From NCBI GenBank assembly GCA_002477505.1, contig DLQB01000046.1, positions 1 through 62,766 of the forward strand: a DNA stretch of 62,766 bases. Direction: 5' to 3'. The notes under the pieces were generated by a model. The model was not told where the DNA came from, made no database searches, and saw only the letters and a list, made by a program, of their open reading frames with translations. Within the stretch, counting starts at the first letter, position 1, and every line of letters begins with the position of its first letter. The position numbers were made by a program, and so were the translations under genes. The DNA comes from Flavobacteriales bacterium UBA7443 (GTDB taxonomy: Bacteria > Bacteroidota > Bacteroidia > Flavobacteriales_D > Sanyastnellaceae). This document shows, in pieces, positions 1 through 9,609 of the stretch.

Positions 1-255
1 GTCGAAATCCGAAAAATCAGTGTCACAGAGCTTGAAAGCGGGTTGCAAACAGGTTCTGTGAGCGAAGCTTTTGGCGTCGGCACCGCAGCGACGATTAAAT
101 CCATTGAACTAATTGGTATTGACGGCACGGATTATCCACTAACCACGAAGCTTACTGAATTAGGGAAAAGCGTCGCCATGCAATTATCAGAAGCTTTGGA
201 CGGCATTCGAAGAGGAAAAGCGAAGGATACACACGGGTGGAATATCCCTGTGTAA
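1..255 (+). CDS. ilvE: branched-chain-amino-acid aminotransferase, C-terminal fragment (5' end lies left of the window)
   Basis: Frame 1 is open from nt 1 (VEIRKISVTELESGLQTGSVSEAFGVGTAATIKSI...DTHGWNIPV*). The EAFG-x-GTAA block and the GW-containing tail resemble the C-terminus of fold-type-IV BCATs. Stop TAA at 253-255. Confidence 0.55.
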   Translation, partial: VEIRKISVTELESGLQTGSVSEAFGVGTAATIKSIELIGIDGTDYPLTTKLTELGKSVAMQLSEALDGIRRGKAKDTHGWNIPV

Positions 256-262
256 TACGCAC

Positions 263-1753
263 ATGTCCATGGGTATGTTGTCAGTGAAATCCGAATCACT
301 AAAGCTGTTTAACGTCCCATTGCTGACCTGTTTTCTGTTTGCTTTTGCAGCCCATGTACAGGGCCAAAATCAGCATCTGACCTATGGCACTGGAGCCACG
401 CCCATGGCGTTGAGTTCTGACTACCGCGCACTGGGCTGGAACCCTGCACATATCACCCTAAGCCCACTCATAAAAGACGATTGGAAAAATGCTGCCGGCG
501 GCTTCGAATTCGGAGCCCGAATCTCTTCAAACGCTTTGGACAAGGCTGATTTATGGGCAGGATTTTTCGATAAAGAGGCTGCTGGCTTTGATGTTCAAAG
601 CGCGGAATGGCAGGATTGGAAAGGGCTTTTGGCAAACGAAGACATCGCATTGAATGTTGATGTGACTGCCGCCGCAACGGCCAAACGTTGGAAAAAGTGG
701 GGCGTAGCCTATTCTTCTCGGCAACACTTTCAAGCGGAAATGTTACTGGATGTGAGCTCCGTTGAATTGCTTTTGGAAGGGCCGGTCAGTTGGTTCGAGC
801 TGCTCATTACCAACCAAGGCGATACGGTGCAGAATAACGGGGGCCTTACAGAAGAGGATCTCAGCAATATTGCAAGTGGAATTGACCTCAATGGGGATGC
901 AATCCTGAGCAACCTTCTATCCGAGTCACGATTAGGCTTCTCATGGCATCGTGCCCACACTGTTGGGCTGTCCAAGGAGTGGCAACTGAAGCGATTCAAA
1001 CTCCACACTGGATTTTCGGGTCGTTTGCTTCTTGGCAACGGCTATTTCCAACTCAGCCAGCAGAATGGTGCTTTGGATGCATTCGGTGCATTTTCAAATG
1101 GATTCAACGTGCCTTCATTCGTGTCATCGAACCAATCAAATTTGCCCCAAACCATTCGAAACTGGGGACCGGTCGGCCAAGGTTGGGGCGTGGACATAGG
1201 CGCCGCCATTGAATGGGGCGAAAAGATTTGGGCATCGGCCGCCATAACCGATATTGGTTTCATGGACTGGCGAGGTGAGCGTTACAGCATTGGCTCCATA
1301 TCCATTGGGAATTCGAATCTACCGAATGATCAAGGTCAAAACTGGATCGATGTGACCTCAGCCGCTCTCGATCCGAGCAGCTGGTTCAGTAGCTCGGTCG
1401 CTGAAACCCGTCGGATCTCCAATGGACCCTCTTTCCATATCGGGGGTGGAATTCAGCTCATCGAGCTCGTGACTATAGCTGCAGATGCTTCCTTTGACAA
1501 CCCCGAATTGCTGGGGAATTCGGGGACTCGTCTAGGTGTATCTTTTGTCCTGCAACCATTGCCTTTTCTACGCATCGATGGAGGCATAAGCAAATGGGGA
1601 AATGAAACAATTCGCTTCCCGTTGGGTTTAATATTCATAACCGGTAAGAAAGGATTTGAATGCGGAATACAAGCAACAGATGTGCAAAGCGCATGGGAGT
1701 CATCTCAACCCGAAATAGGACTGAGGGCGTGCTTCATGCGTTGGGTTTGGTGA
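263..1753 (+). CDS. hypothetical exported protein, probable outer-membrane beta-barrel
   Basis: 496-aa ORF with a signal peptide (...LLTCFLFAFAAHVQGQ), Gly/Ser/aromatic-rich segments and an aromatic C-terminus (...FMRWVW) typical of OM barrels. Family not recognised with certainty. Confidence 0.6.
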   Translation: MSMGMLSVKSESLKLFNVPLLTCFLFAFAAHVQGQNQHLTYGTGATPMALSSDYRALGWNPAHITLSPLIKDDWKNAAGGFEFGARISSNALDKADLWAGFFDKEAAGFDVQSAEWQDWKGLLANEDIALNVDVTAAATAKRWKKWGVAYSSRQHFQAEMLLDVSSVELLLEGPVSWFELLITNQGDTVQNNGGLTEEDLSNIASGIDLNGDAILSNLLSESRLGFSWHRAHTVGLSKEWQLKRFKLHTGFSGRLLLGNGYFQLSQQNGALDAFGAFSNGFNVPSFVSSNQSNLPQTIRNWGPVGQGWGVDIGAAIEWGEKIWASAAITDIGFMDWRGERYSIGSISIGNSNLPNDQGQNWIDVTSAALDPSSWFSSSVAETRRISNGPSFHIGGGIQLIELVTIAADASFDNPELLGNSGTRLGVSFVLQPLPFLRIDGGISKWGNETIRFPLGLIFITGKKGFECGIQATDVQSAWESSQPEIGLRACFMRWVW

Positions 1754-2394
1754 TTCCAACAGGCATCGCATACTTGCTGACCACTTTCATATTGTCCCCA
1801 ATACAGGCTCAAAACAATTCAATGAATCAATCCGCCCAAACCGAACAACAGAGCACTACGGGTCCTGCGCAAACCATAACACTAGGAGCGGGGTGCTTTT
1901 GGTGTGTTGAGGCGGTTTTTGAAAACTTAAAGGGTGTCCATAGCGCAGTCTCAGGCTACATGGGCGGCAGCATCAAAAACCCGAGTTACCGTGAAGTTTG
2001 TACAGGCAGAACGGGCCATGCCGAAGTAGTCCAAGTCCAATACGATCCCGCAATCTTGAGTACTGCTACCCTTTTGGAAGTGTTTTTCGCTACGCATGAT
2101 CCGACAACGCTGAATAGGCAAGGAGCTGATGCCGGCACGCAATACAGGTCGGCAATTTTCTTTCACTCAGATGCGCAAGAACAAGAAGCAAAAGATGCCA
2201 TTAATCGCGCTTCAAGTGACTGGCACAATGCCATTGTAACCGAAGTTGCAGCAGCCTCTGAATTCTATAAAGCCGAAGATTACCACCAAGCCTATTACGA
2301 ACTAAATGGTGAAGCGCCATATTGCCGGGCTGTCATTTTACCAAAGATGAAAAAGCTCAACACCGGGTTTCAACACTTGCTTAAAATGCAGTGA
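1750..2394 (+). CDS. msrA: peptide-methionine (S)-S-oxide reductase MsrA, with N-terminal signal-like segment
   Basis: GAGCFWCVEAVF active-site block, GHAEVVQVQYDP and THDPTTLNRQGADAGTQYRSAIF are classic MsrA motifs. The ORF-track start at 1660 overlaps the upstream gene. An in-frame GTG at 1750 overlaps the upstream TGA (GTGA) and yields IPTGIAYLLTTFILSPIQAQ. The exact start is uncertain (1741-1750). Confidence 0.9.
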   Translation: MIPTGIAYLLTTFILSPIQAQNNSMNQSAQTEQQSTTGPAQTITLGAGCFWCVEAVFENLKGVHSAVSGYMGGSIKNPSYREVCTGRTGHAEVVQVQYDPAILSTATLLEVFFATHDPTTLNRQGADAGTQYRSAIFFHSDAQEQEAKDAINRASSDWHNAIVTEVAAASEFYKAEDYHQAYYELNGEAPYCRAVILPKMKKLNTGFQHLLKMQ

Positions 2395-2412
2395 CAGCGC
2401 TACGGTTCAAGT

Positions 2413-2973
2413 TCACTCTGCACTCTCGGCTTGCTCAATCAATTGATCCAATAGCGCATTGATTTCATCCAATTCGCTTGCTTTGATTTTTGAGTCCAAA
2501 CGCGCCTGTTTCTTCAATTGCCGATACATGCTCGCTTTCTTTATTTCGATAGCAACGTAAACCGTGTAACTCCCGTCTTCTCCTTGGTATTTTTCGTTTC
2601 CAATTTGACGCATGTCTGCAAGCTTAGTGCTTGTTATTTCGCGCGCAAGCGTCTCAAATCGGGTCATGGCCTCGTCCAAAACTTGGCCCGTGGTGCTTTT
2701 TTGGTAATCGTCCGATACCACTTCAAAATACGTTTGCACTTGTTGCGCTAAATTCTGCCGAGCACGCATTTCAGCTTGGCTGGTGGCCACCGCATCCATT
2801 TTACTCGTGCCTTTACCGGTCGCGCGGTAATAGCGATTCGTGCTCTCATATTTTGAGCCAGAAAATGGTTCTTTAATCTTTTGACCCAAAGGATTGGCCG
2901 CACATGATGCAAAGAGCAGCGTTAAAGAAAAGACAAAGAATGCGCAGAAGCGAACGGAACGAGATGCTTGCAT
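2413..2973 (-). CDS. hypothetical lipoprotein (LPP20-like by eye)
   Basis: ATG at 2973 gives MQASRSVRFCAFFVFSLTLLFASC, a signal peptide with a lipobox Cys. The remainder is charged and helical. The ORF-track start at 3012 is a less likely N-terminal extension. Confidence 0.6.
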   Translation of the reverse strand: MQASRSVRFCAFFVFSLTLLFASCAANPLGQKIKEPFSGSKYESTNRYYRATGKGTSKMDAVATSQAEMRARQNLAQQVQTYFEVVSDDYQKSTTGQVLDEAMTRFETLAREITSTKLADMRQIGNEKYQGEDGSYTVYVAIEIKKASMYRQLKKQARLDSKIKASELDEINALLDQLIEQAESAE

Positions 2974-3088
2974 AGTCGGATGATTGATTTTCTTCCAAGA
3001 TGCGAAAGTCATGCCAAACTTCTCATTAAATTTGTCACAAGCGTTTTGTTCAAATCCAATTCAACCGTCACAACCTGACCATCGATTC

Positions 3089-3649
3089 ATGGCTCGTCTC
3101 ATCCCACAAAAACTCAGAACAAAACTTGCCTTGCGCATGCTGAGTTTTGCATCTGCTCAAGGCCGGATGAAACAAGGGACCTCACTTGACAAGGCCAGCA
3201 CTTTAATTCTGGTCTACAATGGGGAAACAGAGGCGAAATACAAATTGGTCAAGGACATCTCCAATTACCTCAAGAGTGAGTTCGGGTTGAAGCGTGTGAT
3301 GCGCTTAGCTTATCTCGATGTGGAAGAAAAATTGACGCCCTTCTGGCACATGCGAAAGCTCGAATCTGATTTCTTTTGTAAAAGCGATTTGAATTGGCAC
3401 CATAAGCCCGTCAAGAATGTAGAAGGACTGGTCAATGAGCCTTTTGACATTCTTATCAACCTCGATCCTGACGCGGCCATACCCATTGATTTTTTTGTCG
3501 CCATGTCCAAGGCAAAGATGAAGGTGAGCAACCATTCGTCCCGGCGGAAAAAGGACTACGACATCTTGTTGCCATCAGCGAAAGGGGATACATGGAAGCA
3601 ACGAAACCATCGAATCATTAAGTTCTTGTCTGAATCTCCCTTGTCATGA
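3089..3649 (+). CDS. conserved Bacteroidota hypothetical protein (family usually found just upstream of dapA in Flavobacteriia, from memory)
   Basis: ATG at 3089 (MARLIPQKLRTKLA...). The stop overlaps the next gene's start (ATGA at 3646-3649). The ORF-track start at 2984 overlaps the divergent lipoprotein gene. Confidence 0.6.
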   Translation: MARLIPQKLRTKLALRMLSFASAQGRMKQGTSLDKASTLILVYNGETEAKYKLVKDISNYLKSEFGLKRVMRLAYLDVEEKLTPFWHMRKLESDFFCKSDLNWHHKPVKNVEGLVNEPFDILINLDPDAAIPIDFFVAMSKAKMKVSNHSSRRKKDYDILLPSAKGDTWKQRNHRIIKFLSESPLS

Positions 3650-4563
3650 AAGCAGACGCTTCAAATCTCATTCATGGACATGGCGTTTCATTGATTACGC
3701 CATTCAACCCGACAGGAGAGGTGGACTACCCTGCATTGGAACGGCTGGCAAAAAACCTAATGGTTTCGAAGGTTGACTTCATTGTCGTGTTAGGACATGC
3801 ATCAGAAGCCGCGTTATTGGATGACGATGAGCAGGTACGGGTCATGGATTTCATTTCTGAAATTAATAGCGGCACGAAAAAACTTGTTGGTGGAGTAGCC
3901 TCCACGAGCACGCGCAATGCCATCCGCCGTGTTTCAGCATTCAATCAGCGTGATTTCGCTGCCATCTTTTGTGGCACACCCTCACCAACGGCATCATCAA
4001 ATTCCGGATTCATCGGACACTACCGATCCATCGCTCAAGCGTCTCCGCTTCCCATACTGATGCACCATGATGGTCACGGAATGAGTCACTCGGAGTGGGT
4101 CCTGGAAATGGCGCAAGAACAAAACATTGCAGGGGTCGTAGATGAATCAGGCAGCATTGAACTCATGGACTTGTGGCTTCACAATCGGCCTGATGGTTTC
4201 GGTTTGTTAACGGCCCGAGATGCGATGGCTCTTCCTTTATTTGCTTTGGGGATAGATGGCGCAATTTCCACGATTGGGAACGCTTTTCCGGAAGCGTTCG
4301 GAGAAATGATTGATTTATTAGCCTTTGGAGCGATCAATGACGCCCGACTACGTCACCACGATTTGGCTCCATTGATGCGACTGATGGAACAAGAAGGAAG
4401 TCCCACTGCCATCAAAAGCATCTTAGCTCAACTTCAGCGTTGTTCGTCAGCCGTGCGCCTGCCCAATACTCCAGTCTCCGAGAAAACGCAACGTTCGCTC
4501 TATCGCGCATTGGCTCAATTGCCGAGCAGCATTTCGGCAACCTTATTGGATCAATTGAATTAA
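3646..4563 (+). CDS. DapA-family (4-hydroxy-tetrahydrodipicolinate synthase fold) protein with degenerate active site
   Basis: Collinear with DapA (GVSLITPF, FIVVLG, GAISTIGNAFPEAFGEMI, GSPTAIKS, VRLPNTPV), but the catalytic motifs read GHASE, TPSPTAS, ILMHHDGHGMS and IAGVVDESG (see finding). Confidence 0.75.
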   Translation: MKADASNLIHGHGVSLITPFNPTGEVDYPALERLAKNLMVSKVDFIVVLGHASEAALLDDDEQVRVMDFISEINSGTKKLVGGVASTSTRNAIRRVSAFNQRDFAAIFCGTPSPTASSNSGFIGHYRSIAQASPLPILMHHDGHGMSHSEWVLEMAQEQNIAGVVDESGSIELMDLWLHNRPDGFGLLTARDAMALPLFALGIDGAISTIGNAFPEAFGEMIDLLAFGAINDARLRHHDLAPLMRLMEQEGSPTAIKSILAQLQRCSSAVRLPNTPVSEKTQRSLYRALAQLPSSISATLLDQLN

Positions 4564-4570
4564 ACTTTGT

Positions 4571-5554
4571 TTAGGCGATGACGTTGGCGCGTCGCATCAC
4601 GGCATCAACCTTCGCCTGTATAGCCTCCGAATTCAATCCGTACTTATCCATCAGCTGCGCAGGTGTTCCGCTTTCACCGAAGGAATCATTGACTGCCACG
4701 TGTTCAATCGGCACGGGATGATGCATTGCAGCCGCTTGCGCAACCAAAGCACCAAGCCCACCATTTCGCTGATGCTCTTCGGCGGTAACCACGCATCCGG
4801 TGCGCTTCAATGAATTGACAATGCTTTCCACATCCAACGGCTTGATGGTATGTACGTTGAGTACCTCCGCGCAGACGCCACGCGTATTTAATGCCTGGGC
4901 AGCTTTCAATGCCTCCCAAACCAAGTGTCCTGTTGCAACAATGGTGACATCGTTTCCCTCCATCAATGTTTGGACCTTACCGATTTCAAAAAGGGCGTCA
5001 GGGCGCATAAACACGGGTACTTTTGGCCTGCCAAATCGCAGATAAACAGGACCATGCATCTTTGAAATGGCGAGGGTTGCTTGCTTCGTTTGCTCAAAAT
5101 CTGCCGGACAAATGACCGTCATATTGGGAAGCATGGTCATCATGCCAACATCTTCCAGAATTTGATGCGTAGCCCCGTCCTCGCCCAAGGTTAAACCGGC
5201 ATGAGACGCACAGATTTTGACATTCTTTTCCGAATAAGCAATGGATTGGCGAATCTGATCATATACCCTGCCTGTTGAGAAATTCGCGAACGTTCCTGTG
5301 AATGGAATTTTACCACCAATGGTCATGCCTGCAGCAACTCCCATCATGTTGGCTTCAGCAATGCCAACCTGAAAAAATCGTTCGGGAAACGCGTTTGCAA
5401 AGGCGTTCATCTTGAGGGACCCCGTCAAATCGGCACACAATGCCACGGCATTTTCATTTTGCTTTCCGACTTCGAGAAGGCCTTCGCCGAATCCACTGCG
5501 CGTATCCTTGTTTACAGTGGGGTCGAGGGATTGAATGAATCGAGAATTAACCAT
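4571..5554 (-). CDS. transketolase, C-terminal (pyrimidine-binding plus C-terminal domain) subunit
   Basis: 327 aa with [36 protein letters not shown] and FGESG, typical of the C-terminal half of split transketolases. The ATG overlaps the upstream stop (ATGGTTAA). Confidence 0.9.
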   Translation of the reverse strand: MVNSRFIQSLDPTVNKDTRSGFGEGLLEVGKQNENAVALCADLTGSLKMNAFANAFPERFFQVGIAEANMMGVAAGMTIGGKIPFTGTFANFSTGRVYDQIRQSIAYSEKNVKICASHAGLTLGEDGATHQILEDVGMMTMLPNMTVICPADFEQTKQATLAISKMHGPVYLRFGRPKVPVFMRPDALFEIGKVQTLMEGNDVTIVATGHLVWEALKAAQALNTRGVCAEVLNVHTIKPLDVESIVNSLKRTGCVVTAEEHQRNGGLGALVAQAAAMHHPVPIEHVAVNDSFGESGTPAQLMDKYGLNSEAIQAKVDAVMRRANVIA

Positions 5555-7013
5555 TGATAGAGAGATGTGTGGTGTTTCCGGAACGGATGTTGAACGATTT
5601 TACAAAACTAAACTCAATCGATTGTGCAGACCGCGCGCGGTAGACAAAAGTGTATTCACCCGGCTGAAGAATGTATTGGCCTGATGGATCTGATTTGCCA
5701 GAGCTCCATTGATAGACCACTTCATGATTCGAATCAAGAATGGCCGCATACCCCATGCGAAAGGCATTGAGCTGCAAAACGCCAGGCTGAGGAATGCTTA
5801 CGGGTGACAATTTATTTTCTTGAATGCTCACGTCTTTGACAATAACAGGAGGATGCGTGGGGAAGTAAACATCATACGTGCCTTCGAGAAGCAGCAAATC
5901 TTGATTGACCGGAAAGACCATCAGCGGCTCCAGTTTTCCCTTCTCATACAATGTGATTGGCATCTTATCGTAACCATTGCGCAGTCCCCGTGCAAATTCA
6001 GCTCGGAGTGTTCCTTGCCCAGCGTTCTCAAATCGAACATGGTTGTGTGTTCTTGGCTGAAAACGCAAGCCCTTGCGTTGCAAGGGAGGCACTGTATGTA
6101 CAATTATATCGTACGTTGGAACGGGATCTACCTGAATCGTATCTGGAAAACCTTGCGCATTTAAAGTATGCATCCATTGCTTGGAAACTGAAGCATCATG
6201 CGCATCCAAGAGGGTAACCGGCACATTGGAAACGCTCGATGCGCCCATTCCGTCAATCAAATCAACCTCGAATGAAGTGTCGTTGATGGCTTGATCGATG
6301 ACGATATCTAAAATCTCACGAAAGGTGTCAGTATCCGAGGCATCGAAAAAATTCCCAACACAGCGAAATGTTTCTTTGTACGCCTCCTCAATGCCAATGC
6401 CAATGATGAATGGCTTAACGATAATGCCTTTCTCTTGTAGCATTCTAGAAACGACACATGGATCTTCATCGCACGCTTCAATGCCATCGGTTATGAGGAT
6501 GATGACCTTTCGGCTGTCCGAGTTAGAAAAATCCTCTGCTGCGCGTTGCAAGGATCGAGCAATGGGAGTAGTTCCCCGCGCCTGTAGCCGGCTGAGCGCC
6601 TTTCGAATCAATAAATTATTCCCTCGTGCAAATGGAATGACCAATTCGGTGTCATCGCAATCTTGCTTTCCTTCTATGAATTTGGTTTGATGCCCATAAA
6701 CACGCAAAGCCAGTTCAAGTCCTGGAATCCCATAGAGTTCCTCAAGGGATTCAGAGAGCAAGCGTGTAGCAACTTCAATTTTTCGGTTCCCATCCCAAAA
6801 CGCATTCATGCTATTCGAAGCATCAAAGACAAACAAGATCTCTGTATCCTGTGCATCGTCGTCTTCATTCTGTCCCGCATTTCCTTGGGCAAAAAATACG
6901 GCGGATGGATAGAGAAGAACACACCATACGGCAAGTCCGCGCAGACCCGGAGATCCAAACAACTTGTCAAGGAATCGGTAAACGACGCCAAAGGATATGG
7001 GATGGTTTTTCAA
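5547..7013 (-). CDS. von Willebrand factor type A (vWA) domain protein, exported
   Basis: Signal or TM segment ([18 protein letters not shown]), MIDAS motif DASNSM in [12 protein letters not shown], later ILITDG, then a roughly 250-aa beta-rich C-terminal region. Confidence 0.8.
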   Translation of the reverse strand: MKNHPISFGVVYRFLDKLFGSPGLRGLAVWCVLLYPSAVFFAQGNAGQNEDDDAQDTEILFVFDASNSMNAFWDGNRKIEVATRLLSESLEELYGIPGLELALRVYGHQTKFIEGKQDCDDTELVIPFARGNNLLIRKALSRLQARGTTPIARSLQRAAEDFSNSDSRKVIILITDGIEACDEDPCVVSRMLQEKGIIVKPFIIGIGIEEAYKETFRCVGNFFDASDTDTFREILDIVIDQAINDTSFEVDLIDGMGASSVSNVPVTLLDAHDASVSKQWMHTLNAQGFPDTIQVDPVPTYDIIVHTVPPLQRKGLRFQPRTHNHVRFENAGQGTLRAEFARGLRNGYDKMPITLYEKGKLEPLMVFPVNQDLLLLEGTYDVYFPTHPPVIVKDVSIQENKLSPVSIPQPGVLQLNAFRMGYAAILDSNHEVVYQWSSGKSDPSGQYILQPGEYTFVYRARSAQSIEFSFVKSFNIRSGNTTHLSING

Positions 7014-7048
7014 AATGAAATTGCCCAGTGCTGTGCAGATTGAATCCG

Positions 7049-7900
7049 TTAGTAATCTCCCAAGGTTTCTTCCAGTTGCCCCAAAGCAGACGCGAGCTGA
7101 TCATCATTGGGTGCAATCCCGTGCCATTCGTGCGTGCCTTCCATGAAGTCGACCCCTTTGCCCATGGCCGTTTTCATCAAAACAACCTGAGGTACTCCTG
7201 TGCCTCTCGCTTCTTTCGCCGTTGAAACGGCTTCTCGCAAAGCATCAAAATCATGGCCATCGCAGACGTGAACACGCCAACCAAAGGCCGACCATTTCTG
7301 CGCCAAATCACCCAACCCCATTACTTCATCGGTCGGCCCATCAATTTGCTGTCCATTGCAGTCCACAAAACTGATCAAGTTATCGACCTTGTGGTGGGCT
7401 GCATACATGGCAGCTTCCCAAATTTGACCTTCTTGCAATTCACCGTCACCGTGAAGCGAGAACACGGTTGAATCTTCCGCGTTCAACTTCTTAACCTGCG
7501 CTGCGCCAATTGCAGCGCTTAACCCTTGGCCCAAGGAACCGGAAGCAATTCGGATGCCCGGCAGTCCTTCTTCAGTCGCTGGATGACCTTGCAATCGCGA
7601 ATTGATTTTACGGAATGTGGCCAATTCATTTACAGGGAAATAGCCCCTTCGTGCTAAGATGCTATACCAAACTGGGCTGATGTGGCCGTTGGATAGAAAA
7701 AATAAATCTTCGCCCATGCCATCCATATCAAAGGCGTCAGGATTGATCTTCATTTCTTCGAAGAACAAGAGCGTGAGAACCTCCACACAGCCCAAGCTAC
7801 CGCCCGGATGGCCCGAGGAAGCACCGTGAACCATGCGTACAATGTCCCTTCTAATTTGGGATGCGATGTTGGGGAGGGTAGGAGTTGACATGGTAATCAA
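7049..7900 (-). CDS. transketolase, N-terminal (TPP-binding) subunit
   Basis: 283 aa with SGHPGGSLG, FFLSNGHISP and LHGDGELQEGQIWEA (GDG-x-N TPP motif). Confidence 0.9.
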   Translation of the reverse strand: MITMSTPTLPNIASQIRRDIVRMVHGASSGHPGGSLGCVEVLTLLFFEEMKINPDAFDMDGMGEDLFFLSNGHISPVWYSILARRGYFPVNELATFRKINSRLQGHPATEEGLPGIRIASGSLGQGLSAAIGAAQVKKLNAEDSTVFSLHGDGELQEGQIWEAAMYAAHHKVDNLISFVDCNGQQIDGPTDEVMGLGDLAQKWSAFGWRVHVCDGHDFDALREAVSTAKEARGTGVPQVVLMKTAMGKGVDFMEGTHEWHGIAPNDDQLASALGQLEETLGDY

Positions 7901-8000
7901 ACGTATAAATTATTAGAATCGTGTCAAAATTACCACCAGAGGACTGACATATGAATCGTTTGTTGAGAAACTGTGAAAACCAATTGAAGCGTGTGCGATG

Positions 8001-8008
8001 TACTTTTG
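8001..8008 (+). promoter_or_regulatory. candidate Bacteroidota -7 promoter box (TACTTTTG) upstream of ychF
   Basis: Exact match to TAnnTTTG, located 24 nt upstream of the ychF ATG. No clear -33 TTTG. Confidence 0.35.
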
Positions 8009-8032
8009 TGGACACACTAGAAAAGAAGAACC

Positions 8033-9130
8033 ATGGCGCTGAAATGCGGAATTGTCGGATTGCCCAATGTGGGCAAGTCAACCCTATTCAATTGCTTGTC
8101 GAATGCAAAGGCCCAAAGCGCCAACTTCCCATTCTGCACGATCGAACCCAACGTTGGGGTCATCACTGTGCCAGATCCCCGCCTCAATCAATTGGCTGAA
8201 ATCGTCAATCCGCAGAATGTCATCCCAACGACGGTTGAAATTGTCGACATCGCCGGTCTCGTGAAAGGAGCGAGCAAAGGGGAAGGGTTGGGCAACAAGT
8301 TCTTAGGGAACATCCGGGAAACCGATGCCATCCTGCATGTTCTGAGGTGTTTTGAAGATGGCAACGTGGTGCATGTTGACGGAAGCGTAGATCCGATTCG
8401 GGACAAAGAAGTCATCGATATGGAACTACAACTGAAAGACCTAGAAACGGTAGAAGCACGGGGCATGAAGGCCAAGAAGGCGGCAAAAACAGGGGACAAG
8501 GACGCTGTAAAAGCCGTAGACTTTTATCAAAAAGTCGTGCGGGCCTTGGAGGGGGGTAATTCGGCACGATCCGTCGATTTAGAAGAATCTGAAATACCAC
8601 TGATGAAGGAATTGCAATTGCTCACCGCAAAACCCGTCATGTACGTGTGCAATGTTGAGGAATCTGCCGTGACAACCGGAAACGCTCATGTGGAAAAAGT
8701 GCGAGCGCTCGCCAACGACGAGGGAGCGTCTGTGATGATCATTGGTGCTGCAATTGAGGCAGATATCGCAGAATTGGATGATGCAGAAGAGCGTCAGATG
8801 TTCTTATCCGATATTGGTTTAGAAGAGCCTGGAGTGGCCAAATTGATCCGAGAAGCCTACGATCTGCTCCAGTTGCAGACGTATTTCACAGCCGGCGAAA
8901 AAGAAGTTCGCGCCTGGACATTTCCAACGGGAGCAACTGCACCTCAAGCGGCCGGTGTCATTCACACGGACTTTCAAAAAGGATTTATACGGGCCGAAGT
9001 GATGAAATTCGATGATTTCGTGTCGTTTGGATCTGAAGCCGCTGTGAAGGATGCAGGCAAGTTGTCCATTCAAGGAAAGGAATACCTTGTCCAAGATGGC
9101 GACATCATGCACTTTCGCTTCAATGTCTGA
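8033..9130 (+). CDS. ychF: redox-regulated ATPase YchF (Obg-family GTPase-like)
   Basis: CGIVGLPNVGKSTLFN P-loop, FCTIEPN, DIAGLVKGAS and the C-terminal TGS-like block IHTDFQKGFIRAEV. Confidence 0.95.
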   Translation: MALKCGIVGLPNVGKSTLFNCLSNAKAQSANFPFCTIEPNVGVITVPDPRLNQLAEIVNPQNVIPTTVEIVDIAGLVKGASKGEGLGNKFLGNIRETDAILHVLRCFEDGNVVHVDGSVDPIRDKEVIDMELQLKDLETVEARGMKAKKAAKTGDKDAVKAVDFYQKVVRALEGGNSARSVDLEESEIPLMKELQLLTAKPVMYVCNVEESAVTTGNAHVEKVRALANDEGASVMIIGAAIEADIAELDDAEERQMFLSDIGLEEPGVAKLIREAYDLLQLQTYFTAGEKEVRAWTFPTGATAPQAAGVIHTDFQKGFIRAEVMKFDDFVSFGSEAAVKDAGKLSIQGKEYLVQDGDIMHFRFNV

Positions 9131-9133
9131 ATC

Positions 9134-9604
9134 ATGAAGTTTTCAATTTCGCACTTCTGGGTTGCATGTGTTTTGCTCTGTAGCTGCGGCACAGCATCCA
9201 ATGACGTCCCTCGATTGGAAAAGCCGTCGTTGAGCATCCCATCGTCCATTGACCAAAAACTAAAGGCCCAAGAACTAGCCTGGAACGAGGGCGACTTAGG
9301 CCGATTTATGCAAGAAGCTTATTGGGAAGATGATCAACTGATGTTCATTGGCAGCCGCGGACTCACCTACGGATACGACCAGACTCTAGCCAATTATCAG
9401 AAGAGTTATCCGGATCCAAACGCAATGGGTACACTCGTGTTTGAATTGCTGCAATGGAAGCCGCTGGGGAATGCCCACGGTTTACTCGTCGGGTCATGGC
9501 TGTTAAAGCGAAGCGGCGAATTGGAGAACCTCGACGGACACTTCAGTCTGATTTGGGAGAAAAGACCAGAGGGATGGGTCATCATCGCCGATCATAGCAG
9601 TTAA
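9134..9604 (+). CDS. SnoaL/NTF2-like (DUF4440-like) lipoprotein
   Basis: Signal plus lipobox (VACVLLCSCG). AWNEGDLGRFM...W..D.L.F and a C-terminal W.I..DHSS pattern typical of DUF4440/NTF2-fold proteins. Confidence 0.6.
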   Translation: MKFSISHFWVACVLLCSCGTASNDVPRLEKPSLSIPSSIDQKLKAQELAWNEGDLGRFMQEAYWEDDQLMFIGSRGLTYGYDQTLANYQKSYPDPNAMGTLVFELLQWKPLGNAHGLLVGSWLLKRSGELENLDGHFSLIWEKRPEGWVIIADHSS

Positions 9605-9609
9605 AACGC

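Noticed and set aside
5820-7043. Plus-strand ORFs (114, 130 and 126 aa) opposite the vWA gene, considered as evidence that the vWA ORF might be spurious and the tkt halves separated by something else.
   Set aside because: The minus-strand 488-aa frame has a signal peptide, a MIDAS motif and translational coupling to the tkt C-half gene. The plus-strand frames have no features.
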